NCBI GenBank assembly: GCA_050014195.1
Contig: JBEKDT010000018.1
Coordinates: forward strand, 1 to 64,000
From: Desulfomonilia bacterium
GTDB lineage: Bacteria > Desulfobacterota > Desulfomonilia > UBA1062
DNA length: 64,000 nucleotides
Direction of reading: 5' to 3'
Shown here: piece by piece, positions 18,872-28,247 of the stretch
How the letters are laid out: each line of letters starts with the position of its first letter
How positions within the stretch are numbered: the stretch's first letter is position 1
Notes under the pieces: generated by a model
Told to the model about the DNA's origin: nothing
Database searches by the model: none
What the model saw: only the letters and a program-made list of their open reading frames with translations
Made by a program: the position numbers and the translations under genes

Positions 18872-19465
18872 TTATTTGCCGAAGCAGGTGTTCACGAAGT
18901 CCCAGTTGATGAGCTTATCGATTACGGCCTGGAGGTAGTCCGGCCTGCGGTTCTGGTAGTCGAGGTAATAGGCGTGCTCCCAGACATCGATGGTGAGCAA
19001 CGGTTTTTGCCCGTGTACGAGAGGGGTGTCGGCATTGGCGGTCTTTGTGATCTTGAGCTCGCCCTTGTCCAGCACGAGCCAGGCCCATCCACTACCGAAC
19101 TGAGTGACACCGGCGTTCTTCAACTCCTCGAAGAACTTCTCCGCACTGCCCCAGGTGGAGATGATCTTTGCTGCCACGGCACCTTTGGGCGCCCCGCCCC
19201 CGCCCGGCTTCAGGCACTGCCAGTAAAAGGAATGATTCCAGACCTGGGCTGCATTATTGAAGAGTCCGGCCTTAGACGGATCTGCTGCGGCCTTCATGAT
19301 AATGGCGTCGAGAGTCTCTTTCTCCATCTCCGTCCCTGCAATGAACTTGTTGGTATTGTCCACATAAGCCTTGTGGTGCTTGCCGTGATGAAAATCCAGG
19401 GTATTCGCGCTGATGACAGGTGCCAGTGCATCTTTGGCATAGGCAAGATCGGGTAGTACTATCAT
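18872..19465 (-). CDS. sodB: superoxide dismutase [Fe]
   Basis: HHGKHH, FNNAAQVWNH (Fe-type Gln), DVWEHAYY. Confidence 0.95.
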   Translation of the reverse strand: MIVLPDLAYAKDALAPVISANTLDFHHGKHHKAYVDNTNKFIAGTEMEKETLDAIIMKAAADPSKAGLFNNAAQVWNHSFYWQCLKPGGGGAPKGAVAAKIISTWGSAEKFFEELKNAGVTQFGSGWAWLVLDKGELKITKTANADTPLVHGQKPLLTIDVWEHAYYLDYQNRRPDYLQAVIDKLINWDFVNTCFGK

Positions 19466-19595
19466 GCTTTCGTCTCCTTTCTTTTCTTCATGTCCAATCT
19501 GTCAGGACAGTATATGCCCCGATGTTCATAATAATTAATAAAACATCGTCGGTAGAAAGGAAGGCTTAAAGGCAAACAAATTTTTAAGAATGGAA

Positions 19596-21023
19596 TTAAA
19601 ACCCAATCTGCTCAGGGGTGTTTTCATCTATCTGCGTGCCGTCTCCGAGCTGGCCGTAAAAATTCCTACCCCATGTCCAGATCGTCCCATTTTTCTTGAT
19701 GGCTACGAAATGCGCCCCCCCTGCAGCCACAACGGCCCAGTCGGTGTCAGAGCCCACTTGTCCCCCATCCACCCAAAGTGAGCCGTCTGCTTTAAGGGCC
19801 ATAGTATTATTTCCACCCGCAGCTACAGCAGACCAGAGAGTACCTAAGCCGCTTATTCCCAGAACATTATCCACCCATCCCACCGGCCAGAGGGAACTGT
19901 CATCCTTGAGGGCTATGGCGCTATAACCGCCTGCACCGATTTCTTTCCAGTCGGAATCAGATCCATATTGCGTTGGTGTGTTTCTGGCGCTCGCCGAAGG
20001 ATTATCTCCTACGAGCAGACCATATGTTTTATCTCCCCATTCCCACATCGTGCCGTTGATCTTGATGGCTATAGTGAAGTTTCGACCTGCCGCTACAGCT
20101 GCCCAATCAGCATCAGAGCCTACTCGAACGGGGCTGCTCGTATCTGTCAATGTACCGTCACCGAGCTGGCCGAAATGATTACTCCCCCACGTCCAGAGAG
20201 TCCCTTCTTTCGTGATCGCTACGGAATGATTCCCTCCGCCAGCCACAGCCGCCCAATAGCTATGAGAACCCATTCGTACAGGGGAATGTCTGTCTGTATG
20301 GGTACCGTCTCCAAGTTGACCATATTGATTCTCCCCCCATGTCCAAAGTGTTCCGTCTTCCCTGATTGCCAAGGTGAAGTGGTCTCCTGCCGCTAACGTA
20401 GCCCAGGTAGTGCCAGAGCCTACTTTGACAGGAATGCTTTTATCTGCATTCGTGCCATCCCCGAGTTGGCCATATGAATTATATCCCCACGCCCAAAGGG
20501 TGCCGTCGACTTTTATCGCCGCCGTGTGTTCCCATCCGGCAGCAGCCTTAACCCAGCCTCCGGCCTCCAGCGACTCTGCCGGTGTTTGAGTACCCCCCTC
20601 GGTTACGAACGTCCACGTGTACTCGGATGAGAGTGCATTGCCGGAGGAATCCTTCAGATCTTTCGTGATTTTCACGATGTACATGGTGCCTTCTGAAAGA
20701 GGATATACAGGCCTAAACGTGGCAGTGGAACCCGATGCAGTCACATGGCATATTACCTCATTACCCAAAACACTTAATGTTATGGTTGAGTTTGTTATCG
20801 TAGCAGGGTCAATGGTTTCGCTGAAGGTAACGCTGGGGTTTATATCGATAGATACACCAGTCGCCCCTTTTGCCGGGAATGTAGAGCTTACCGTAAAAGC
20901 AGATTCTCCGGATACACTATGACCCCCAGTGTGTCCACCCCACCACTTGCAGCCCACAAAGAGAACAACAATGACAAGAAAAACCAGAGGTCGTAAGATC
21001 CTCCATAGCCGCGCTGTTTCCAT
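19596..21023 (-). CDS. lipoprotein with bacterial Ig-like (Big_5-type) domain and RCC1/BLIP-II repeats
   Basis: Lipobox FVGC; VTFSE.ID..T / D.SGNAL...YTWTF Ig signature; repeated GTLWxWGxNxxGQLGDGT. Confidence 0.85.
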   Translation of the reverse strand: METARLWRILRPLVFLVIVVLFVGCKWWGGHTGGHSVSGESAFTVSSTFPAKGATGVSIDINPSVTFSETIDPATITNSTITLSVLGNEVICHVTASGSTATFRPVYPLSEGTMYIVKITKDLKDSSGNALSSEYTWTFVTEGGTQTPAESLEAGGWVKAAAGWEHTAAIKVDGTLWAWGYNSYGQLGDGTNADKSIPVKVGSGTTWATLAAGDHFTLAIREDGTLWTWGENQYGQLGDGTHTDRHSPVRMGSHSYWAAVAGGGNHSVAITKEGTLWTWGSNHFGQLGDGTLTDTSSPVRVGSDADWAAVAAGRNFTIAIKINGTMWEWGDKTYGLLVGDNPSASARNTPTQYGSDSDWKEIGAGGYSAIALKDDSSLWPVGWVDNVLGISGLGTLWSAVAAGGNNTMALKADGSLWVDGGQVGSDTDWAVVAAGGAHFVAIKKNGTIWTWGRNFYGQLGDGTQIDENTPEQIGF

Positions 21024-21141
21024 GGTTAAGCTCCCTCACATATAAAAATAAACATTACATATGCTGCTGCGTCATAAAAACCATGCTCTCCCCTATCTAA
21101 GCAAATTCACTTTGCAGATAAAGGCATGTATTGATTTACCA

Positions 21142-21157
21142 AGCAAAGAAAATGCCA
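21142..21157 (-). promoter_or_regulatory. candidate sigma54 -24/-12 promoter for the RCC1 lipoprotein
   Basis: Minus strand TGGCAT-TTTCT-TTGCT with exact spacing, ~120 nt upstream of the start. Confidence 0.65.
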
Positions 21158-21311
21158 CCATGCATATGTTTTTGTTTCAATTAGTTAGTTTGAGAAAAGC
21201 ATGTAATATACGAATGATAGGAGAATATTATTTCCATTAATGGAGAAAAATATTGCACTTTAGTTGAGGATGAAAATAATTTATTAGTGATGTGGACATG
21301 GGAAAGAACTC

Positions 21312-22493
21312 TCAGATCTTTTCCACTTCGACATATTTTTCGCGGGCGGACAATACCTGTACCAGTTCCCTGATATAGACCATGCGCATGGGTTCGCCGC
21401 GGATGATGTCCGCGACCTGATTCGGATTGATTGCCGTACCGACGATGAGGTGAATATCATCTGCCATCATAAGAGAACGGGCCAGGCGTGTTGAGGCATC
21501 GTTATCATTGGGCAGGTCATAAATGGTTTTTGACGTTCGGAGAATTTCCGCCGCCTGCCCGAGAGTGAGTATCCCCTCGGTAACCAGATCAACCCCTTTC
21601 ATGAGGGCTGTGGGAGGAGAACCTTTCTTATGCTTGGGTGCGTCCTTCTTTCTTTTGGCAGGAGGGACCCAGTCCACCACAAGCTCTTCCTTCAGGACAC
21701 GGGCCGCCATCTGTGCGGTGCTGCCGCCGCAGATGATCTTTTCGCCTAAAGCGCCCAAAAGCCTTTTGACGGCAAATTCATCAAGGTCTTTGTTTGCCGG
21801 AGGCCCGGTGAGGATGGTCGTGGATATGGCCGGACGCACCTTCATGCCGATGACCGTAGCATCATCACCCGGTTTGTCTTCATATAATTTGAGGCATGTA
21901 TTGGACAGGGCCTGGGTCAGCTTGAATGTGTCGACAATCCCTGCCTGTACGAAGCGTTGAACCGACTTGGCGATATTGCCCCAGCCCCAGCCAAGCCGGT
22001 AGATACCCCCCAACCCGGCATGTTCGTATCCGTCACTGATCAGGACCATGTAATCGTTTTCCTGGAGATCAAACCGTACCTCCCTGACCTTTCTGCCGCT
22101 CACTTCCCGTTCCTCCATGGGAAGGTTGATGAGATCATTATCCCGCACCAGGATGAGTGGTGGGGAATCAAACTCTACGAGATGTGCATCGCGTCCGTTA
22201 TAAACGGAGAGCACGGCGAATGTTGCATATGCAAGCTTGCGAACACTGCATTCCGGCAAGGTTTCCGCCAGGGTCTGCATGACATCTTCCACCGGGGCGC
22301 CCGATTCGAACATCCGGGCGGCTATCTCCGAAGTCAGTGTCGAGAGGATGCTGGCCTTTACCCCGCTGCCCAGGCCGTCGGAAAGCACTGCAATGAAGGA
22401 GTCGGGTTTCGAGCGGATGATGACCGAATCACCGCACAGCTCTTCACCGGCCTTGTTAAGGCTGGACCAGGAGAATTCAACGAGCTGCCTCAC
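21312..22493 (-). CDS. SpoIIE/PP2C-type serine phosphatase (HfsC-like)
   Basis: ELCGD, LSDGLGSG, ISDG, PGDDAT; C-terminal extension with ICGGSTA and VTEGILTL. Confidence 0.88.
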   Translation of the reverse strand: MRQLVEFSWSSLNKAGEELCGDSVIIRSKPDSFIAVLSDGLGSGVKASILSTLTSEIAARMFESGAPVEDVMQTLAETLPECSVRKLAYATFAVLSVYNGRDAHLVEFDSPPLILVRDNDLINLPMEEREVSGRKVREVRFDLQENDYMVLISDGYEHAGLGGIYRLGWGWGNIAKSVQRFVQAGIVDTFKLTQALSNTCLKLYEDKPGDDATVIGMKVRPAISTTILTGPPANKDLDEFAVKRLLGALGEKIICGGSTAQMAARVLKEELVVDWVPPAKRKKDAPKHKKGSPPTALMKGVDLVTEGILTLGQAAEILRTSKTIYDLPNDNDASTRLARSLMMADDIHLIVGTAINPNQVADIIRGEPMRMVYIRELVQVLSAREKYVEVEKI

Positions 22494-24208
22494 TTGCTCC
22501 CTTCCTTTTCAAGGAGCTTGGCCAGATGGGAAACGATGGCCTTGCTCTCGGCCGTGGTTTCCCCCAGGAGGTGGGCAATCTCATGGGCGACCCGCATCTG
22601 CTTGCTCACTACCTCGCGGGTCCTCTCGAGGGTTTCCTCACGGATAGATTTGAATTTTTCCCTTTCCCTTTCCCTCTCCGTAACATCACGCATGATGGCG
22701 ACCATCAGCGGCTGGCCTTCCACCCGCACTATGGTTTGCTCTGCAATAAGATCCTTTCTGAGCTGGCGCGCCTTGCCCATGACGGGTTTGCCCTTATCAC
22801 GGACAGAAAGAAAATCGTCCAGTACGGATATCAGGACAGACAGGTGTTTTCCCTCGACGTCTGAGCGTTTGCATTGAAAGAGCTTTTCCGCCGAGGGTGA
22901 CATGTCATGAATGATGAGGTCGTTGTCGATGATGATGATCGAGTTGGGGGTGACATCCATGACGACCTGGCGCAAGGATTCGGAACGGCTGCGCATATAT
23001 GGGATGCACATGGTGGCTTCAGCCATCCCTCTCAAGGTTGCAACGGCCTTTTCCCTGCAACTGGAATACCCGCAGGCCCCGCAGTTCAGTTCATCGTCTT
23101 TGGTGTACTTATTGACGCGATGCAGGACCTCCTGAATCTCATCTTCCCTGAATTCCGGCACATGCTCTTTTCTGTCCTTATAGGTGCGTTCCAGGGGCGG
23201 CCAGTCCTCTCTTGTGATGTTAATATCCGGTTGATGATGGGAATGAAAATCTATAATCTTCTGACGCGCCAGATAGATGCCCCCTGCCAGATCGGCCATT
23301 GCCGGGCCGTTCACACACCCACCCTTGCAGGCCAGGAGCTCCACCAGACTTGCGTTAAGCCTGCCTGTACGGATATCATTGAGGACATCATGGCAGGCAT
23401 CGAGCCCTGAAGCCACAATCATATGGTTATCAAGGATATCCGTATTCATCTTTGCAGTTCCTATGAGACCGCCTTCGATAGGGAACAGCCGCGCCTTCTC
23501 AGACTGCTGCCGCTCAATAATCTTTCGGGTTTGCCCGAATTGGACGTCCTTTTCCGAAAACAATTCCTTGATCCCCAGAAATGTCATGACGGCATCGATC
23601 CCTCCCGCCACGGATTCATCGACAATCTCCATTTTTTTTGCAATACACGGGCCTATGAAGACGATATAGGCTTCAGATCCGTATTTCTTTGCCAGCAACC
23701 TTCCATGGGCAATCATGGGAGAAACAATGGGCGCCAGATGGCCTATCAGATCGGGATGATACTGCTCGATCAGGTTTACCACTACCGGGCATGCCGAGGC
23801 AATGATCGGCCGGCGGTCCTGTGCCTTTTCGACAAACTCCCTGTGGGCAAAAGCCACGATCCGGGCCCCTATGGCCGTCTCTTCTGCGGCATGAAAGCCG
23901 ATAACCTTCAATGCCTTCTCAAATTCTTCAAAACTGTTCATATCGAAGTAGGCCGGGGCCGACGGCGCGACCGATGCAACAATCTTACGCCCATCTTTCT
24001 GGGCATTTAAAATATCCTGCCTGGCACTCCTTATGCTTTTCGCCTTCTGGGGACAGATGCGGACGCATGTTCCGCACAGGATGCAGAGCTCCTGCACGAC
24101 TTGCGCCTGTCCTTCCTTGACCCGTATGGCCTTGACATCGCAGTTGCGCACACACCGGTAACAGTCACGGCAACGGGCGGGATTCGTCATGATGACCGGT
24201 TCGCTCAT
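22490..24208 (-). CDS. PAS-domain sensory [FeFe]-hydrogenase, group C (HfsB/HydS-like)
   Basis: 2x[4Fe-4S] N-terminus; H-cluster motifs ASACPVV, GPCIAKKME, ELLACKGGCVNG; LNCGACGY..C; PAS; AHEIAHLLGETTAE tail. Confidence 0.9.
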   Translation of the reverse strand: MSEPVIMTNPARCRDCYRCVRNCDVKAIRVKEGQAQVVQELCILCGTCVRICPQKAKSIRSARQDILNAQKDGRKIVASVAPSAPAYFDMNSFEEFEKALKVIGFHAAEETAIGARIVAFAHREFVEKAQDRRPIIASACPVVVNLIEQYHPDLIGHLAPIVSPMIAHGRLLAKKYGSEAYIVFIGPCIAKKMEIVDESVAGGIDAVMTFLGIKELFSEKDVQFGQTRKIIERQQSEKARLFPIEGGLIGTAKMNTDILDNHMIVASGLDACHDVLNDIRTGRLNASLVELLACKGGCVNGPAMADLAGGIYLARQKIIDFHSHHQPDINITREDWPPLERTYKDRKEHVPEFREDEIQEVLHRVNKYTKDDELNCGACGYSSCREKAVATLRGMAEATMCIPYMRSRSESLRQVVMDVTPNSIIIIDNDLIIHDMSPSAEKLFQCKRSDVEGKHLSVLISVLDDFLSVRDKGKPVMGKARQLRKDLIAEQTIVRVEGQPLMVAIMRDVTEREREREKFKSIREETLERTREVVSKQMRVAHEIAHLLGETTAESKAIVSHLAKLLEKEGSK

Positions 24209-24292
24209 AGAGTCTCCTTTTAGGAAACGACATCTTGGTTAAGAACAAGATGTATTCTACTCAGGTTAATCATGTTCACGTCTTCTCACGCT

Positions 24293-24577
24293 TCATGATG
24301 ATGTCGTTCTTTTCTTTGACAATAGCTTTGTATCCACATGCCCCATGATCTCTTTATAGAAGAAGTCTTCGGCATCATCGGGTCTGATACCGCTGAAGGC
24401 ACGTTCACCGACACGTATGGAAACCCCCTTGGAACAGGTGTCCATGCAAAAGGCGCCGACAATATCCACCAGCCCTTGTAGGCCCTCTTTCTCAATCAGG
24501 CGCTGAATCTCTGAGGCAAGCTCGTCCGATCCGCGGATACTGCACGAGCTGCCGACGCAGATGGTTACGATGAGCAT
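24293..24577 (-). CDS. thioredoxin-like [2Fe-2S] ferredoxin (HfsA-like)
   Basis: ICVGSSC..RG and AFCMDTC..G cysteine pattern; GAGG RBS. Confidence 0.88.
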   Translation of the reverse strand: MLIVTICVGSSCSIRGSDELASEIQRLIEKEGLQGLVDIVGAFCMDTCSKGVSIRVGERAFSGIRPDDAEDFFYKEIMGHVDTKLLSKKRTTSS

Positions 24578-24591
24578 GTCGCCTCTTCTCC

Positions 24592-27500
24592 TCACCCCTT
24601 GGATTCGTCGAGTAATTGCATCAAATGGGCATCAATGAAAGCCGATGCATCCGCCGGATCAACCTGGCTGACGATCTTGCCGCCGACCATGACATTCGGC
24701 CCGCCTTCACACTGGCCTGTGCAGAACCGCGCCTTGACCCTGAACCGCTCGGAAAGACCCCGCTTCCTCAGTTCCGCCGAAAGACCTTCCAGAAGCCGCC
24801 AGGCCCCCTTGACGTAGCAATTCGTACCGATGCAGACACCGATGTCGACAATGGGCATCTCTTTCAGCGCCTCATCCATCCTGGCCCCTTCGATGCGCAT
24901 GGAGCGGCGGTGGTATGTGGTGTGCAGGGCATGATGCGATGTATCGCTGTCCGGCTCTCCTAGCCAGTTCGTATAGATTGCCTGGACGGTAGGATTGTCC
25001 TGGCTCGTCCTGATGGGGGAACCTTGATCGAGGCGGTAGAGGACATCGAGTCGATCGGCCGTTTCACTGATCAGTTGTGGGGCCGGGTTGCCGGAGCCGT
25101 TGATGCAGCCGCCGGGGCAGGCCATGACCTCGATGAGATCGTACGGTGCATCCGAGGCCCTGATGCGGTCGATCAGCTGCTGGGCGTTCTGTAACCCGCT
25201 GACCACGGCCAGACGCACCTGAGAGCCCCCCAGGGTGACTTCTGTCTCCTTGACCCCCTTAAGCCCCCTGACGCCTTCATAATTGAAGCTGTCCAGGCGT
25301 TTTCCCGTCACGCGCTCGGCCGCCAGACGCAGCGCCGCTTCAGCCACACCGCCGCTAGCACCGAAGATGATGCCTGCGCCGCTCACCTTGCCGAAAAAGG
25401 CATCGACCGGAACGGGTTTCACGGAATGGGGATCGATATGCCTTTCCGTGAACATATCAATGATGTCATTGGTGGTAAGGACCGTATCCACATCCGGAAT
25501 GCCACCGGTTTTGAATTCGGCCCTCCTGGCCTCATATTTCTTGGCGTTGCAGGGCATGATGGAGACGAAGTACAGCAGCTCGGGGCGCATCTTCAGCTGT
25601 TTCGCAAAATACTGTTTCATGACCGTGCCGAACATCTGCTGCGGCGATTTGCATGAAGACAGATGGGGGAGTATGTCGGGCGCCATCTTCTCACAGTAAT
25701 TCACCCAGGCCGGGCAGCAGGAGGTTATCTGCGGCAGCACGCCTCCTTCGGCAAGCCGGCTTAAGAACTCGGTCCCCTCTTCCATGATGGTCAGGTCTGC
25801 GGCCCAGCAGGTATCAAAGACAAAGTTGAAGCCGACCTGTTTCAAACAGGCGGAAAGGATCGGCATGACGTCTTCGCCTGCTATATCGTAGTGCTGGCCG
25901 AAGGCGGCGCGCACGGCAGGTGCAATCTGGGCGACAACGGTGAGCTCCGGATTTTGCAGGGCCCGGTACACGTCAGGCAGCACCGGTTTCAGCGTGAGGG
26001 CTCCGGTGGGACAGATGGTGGCGCAATGGCCGCAGGACACACACTCAGTCAAATCCAGGGGACGATGATCGTTCGGTCCGATGGTGAGGATATTGTTTGT
26101 TTCATAAAAGCTCAAGGCCGAGACGCCTTCCATCTCGCGGCAGACCTTCAGGCACAGCCCGCACAGGATGCATTTGCCGGTGTCCCTGGTAAGGATCGGG
26201 TGGTTTTCGTCGATGGGAAGCGGCCTTGCAGGCTGCGATTTATCGAACCGGACTCCGTAGAGGCTTGCATATTGACGCAGGTCGCATGCATAGCGTTCCG
26301 TACAGCCGCAGGAAAGGCAGCGCAGCGCCTCGGTCATAACGGTTTCCGTATCCCAGGTTTTACTCGATTCCTCGAAATTCTTTCTTCTCGTCTTGGGAGC
26401 CAGAGCCGTGACCTCATTGCGATCTGCCGGCTTGATGCCTTTGAACGTTTCGGCCGGGACATCGTGCCAGTCTCCCTTGGTGCACGTGTAAGGCCCTGCG
26501 GACGGTAAAACGATGCCGGTTCTCACATACTGATCGATGGCCTCGGCCGCCTTTTGACCTGCTCCGATGGCTGCAATGGCGATATCAGGACCGGTTACGC
26601 AGTCACCACCGGAAAAGACCCAGGGGACAGAAGTCTGCATGGTTGCCGGATGAACCTTGACGTTGCCCCGCTTATCGATGAGGTTCTCATCGCCGATACA
26701 GAACCCATCCACGGCCTGGCCGATGGCCGAGATGATGGTATCGGCCGTCAAGGTGAATTCTGAACCGGCAACGGGTACGGGCCGGCGCCTGCCGCTCTTG
26801 TCCGGCTCGCCCAAGACCATGTGGATGCAGTTCAGCTGCAATATATTTCCTGCCGCCTTGATTGATACAGGCGCTGTCAGATATTGGATATTGACGCCCT
26901 CTTCGACGGCCTCTTCGATCTCGATCTCCTGGGCGGGCATCTCCTGGCGCGTCCGCCGGTAGGCAATGGTCACATCTTTTGCGCCCAGCCTGACTGCACT
27001 GCGGGCCGCATCCATGGCCGTATTTCCTCCACCGATAACAATGACCCTTTCGCCCAGTTCGGGCTTTTCGCCCCTTGAGAGTCTTGCGAGAAAATCGAGA
27101 CCGGACATCACGCCCTTAAGCCCTTCCCCTTCCACACCGATGGCTGTGGCCTTCTGTGCGCCCAGACCGACAAAGACCGCGTCAAAGCTGTCTCTTTTCA
27201 GGGACTCCAGGGTGAAATCACGGCCCAGCTTCTTGTTGTATCGGATCTCTATGCCCAGATCGAGGATGGCTTGAATCTCGGCATCAAGCTGTTTCTCGGG
27301 CAGGCGGTAGTAAGGGATGCCCCACCGGAGCATGCCTCCAGCGGCTTCGTGCATCTCGAAGATCGTCACCCGGTGTCCTTTTCTCCTCAGGAAATACGTG
27401 GCGGTCAGACCGGCAGGCCCGGCACCGACGACGGCAACTTTATAACCGGTATCCGGCATGCACACAGGTTTGTAAGGAGAGAGCTGATATTGGTCCCAGT

Positions 27501-28023
27501 CCGCCACAAAGCGTTTTATTCCATTGATGTTCACAGCACCATCCCGTGCATTGCGGCGGCAATCGGACTCGCATGGATGGGGACACACGCGTCCGCACAC
27601 GGCGGGCAAGGGGTTGCTCTCTTTGATGACTTCCAGCGCCTCCATGAAATTCCCACAGGCCACATGATAGATATATTTCTGGATATCGATATGGGCGGGA
27701 CAGCGCAGCACGCAGGGGGCAACACAGTCGCCGTAATGATTCCTCAGCAGGGCCTGGAGATAGATCTTGCGATAGCTGCTCAGCGCATCGGAGTCGGTTC
27801 GAACCACCATGCCGTCTGTAACGAAAGTCGATGTGGCGGAAACGAATCTCGTTTTGTCGCCATCAGCTACTTCCACAAAGGCAACTTCAAGAGCGCTCGG
27901 AGGGCTTACCCTCGGGTCATACCCCAGTGCAGGGATGTCAATGCCGTTTGCGCGTGCCGCATCGATAATGGTCATGGTGTTTTCTGCAGTGCATGTCTTT
28001 TCATCGATTATCATCGAGATCAT
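24592..28023 (-). CDS. GltD/NfnB-like flavoprotein fused to a catalytic group A [FeFe]-hydrogenase with C-terminal Trx-like [2Fe-2S] domain
   Basis: CVAPC..RCP, CGRVCPHPCE, GAGPAG, GGGNTA, YRR; CILCGLC / CVSCGHC; TSCCPAW, MPCNAKKYE, EVMACPGGCING; CIGTNC..FCTGQC. Confidence 0.9.
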   Translation of the reverse strand: MISMIIDEKTCTAENTMTIIDAARANGIDIPALGYDPRVSPPSALEVAFVEVADGDKTRFVSATSTFVTDGMVVRTDSDALSSYRKIYLQALLRNHYGDCVAPCVLRCPAHIDIQKYIYHVACGNFMEALEVIKESNPLPAVCGRVCPHPCESDCRRNARDGAVNINGIKRFVADWDQYQLSPYKPVCMPDTGYKVAVVGAGPAGLTATYFLRRKGHRVTIFEMHEAAGGMLRWGIPYYRLPEKQLDAEIQAILDLGIEIRYNKKLGRDFTLESLKRDSFDAVFVGLGAQKATAIGVEGEGLKGVMSGLDFLARLSRGEKPELGERVIVIGGGNTAMDAARSAVRLGAKDVTIAYRRTRQEMPAQEIEIEEAVEEGVNIQYLTAPVSIKAAGNILQLNCIHMVLGEPDKSGRRRPVPVAGSEFTLTADTIISAIGQAVDGFCIGDENLIDKRGNVKVHPATMQTSVPWVFSGGDCVTGPDIAIAAIGAGQKAAEAIDQYVRTGIVLPSAGPYTCTKGDWHDVPAETFKGIKPADRNEVTALAPKTRRKNFEESSKTWDTETVMTEALRCLSCGCTERYACDLRQYASLYGVRFDKSQPARPLPIDENHPILTRDTGKCILCGLCLKVCREMEGVSALSFYETNNILTIGPNDHRPLDLTECVSCGHCATICPTGALTLKPVLPDVYRALQNPELTVVAQIAPAVRAAFGQHYDIAGEDVMPILSACLKQVGFNFVFDTCWAADLTIMEEGTEFLSRLAEGGVLPQITSCCPAWVNYCEKMAPDILPHLSSCKSPQQMFGTVMKQYFAKQLKMRPELLYFVSIMPCNAKKYEARRAEFKTGGIPDVDTVLTTNDIIDMFTERHIDPHSVKPVPVDAFFGKVSGAGIIFGASGGVAEAALRLAAERVTGKRLDSFNYEGVRGLKGVKETEVTLGGSQVRLAVVSGLQNAQQLIDRIRASDAPYDLIEVMACPGGCINGSGNPAPQLISETADRLDVLYRLDQGSPIRTSQDNPTVQAIYTNWLGEPDSDTSHHALHTTYHRRSMRIEGARMDEALKEMPIVDIGVCIGTNCYVKGAWRLLEGLSAELRKRGLSERFRVKARFCTGQCEGGPNVMVGGKIVSQVDPADASAFIDAHLMQLLDESKG

Positions 28024-28231
28024 ATCTTCTTCTCCGATCTGAGTTTTCCATGATGGCTGTAGAGACTACCGGAATGTGTAAAGCTTCCATTACCAGACTT
28101 GATGATCCGTGATACGTACTCGAGTATACCAAGATTGTTGCTATACTTACTTCTGGTGGTATCATTCATGATATACCATCCGTTCTTTCGTTAATCCCAC
28201 ATCCATCCTCTGAATCTGTCATGACGAGAGT

Positions 28232-28247
28232 AGCAAGTTTCATTCCA
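28232..28247 (-). promoter_or_regulatory. candidate sigma54 promoter of the [FeFe]-hydrogenase operon
   Basis: Minus strand TGGAAT-GAAAC-TTGCT with exact GG/GC spacing; IHF-like TATCAGCCAGTTA ~30 nt further upstream. Confidence 0.55.
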
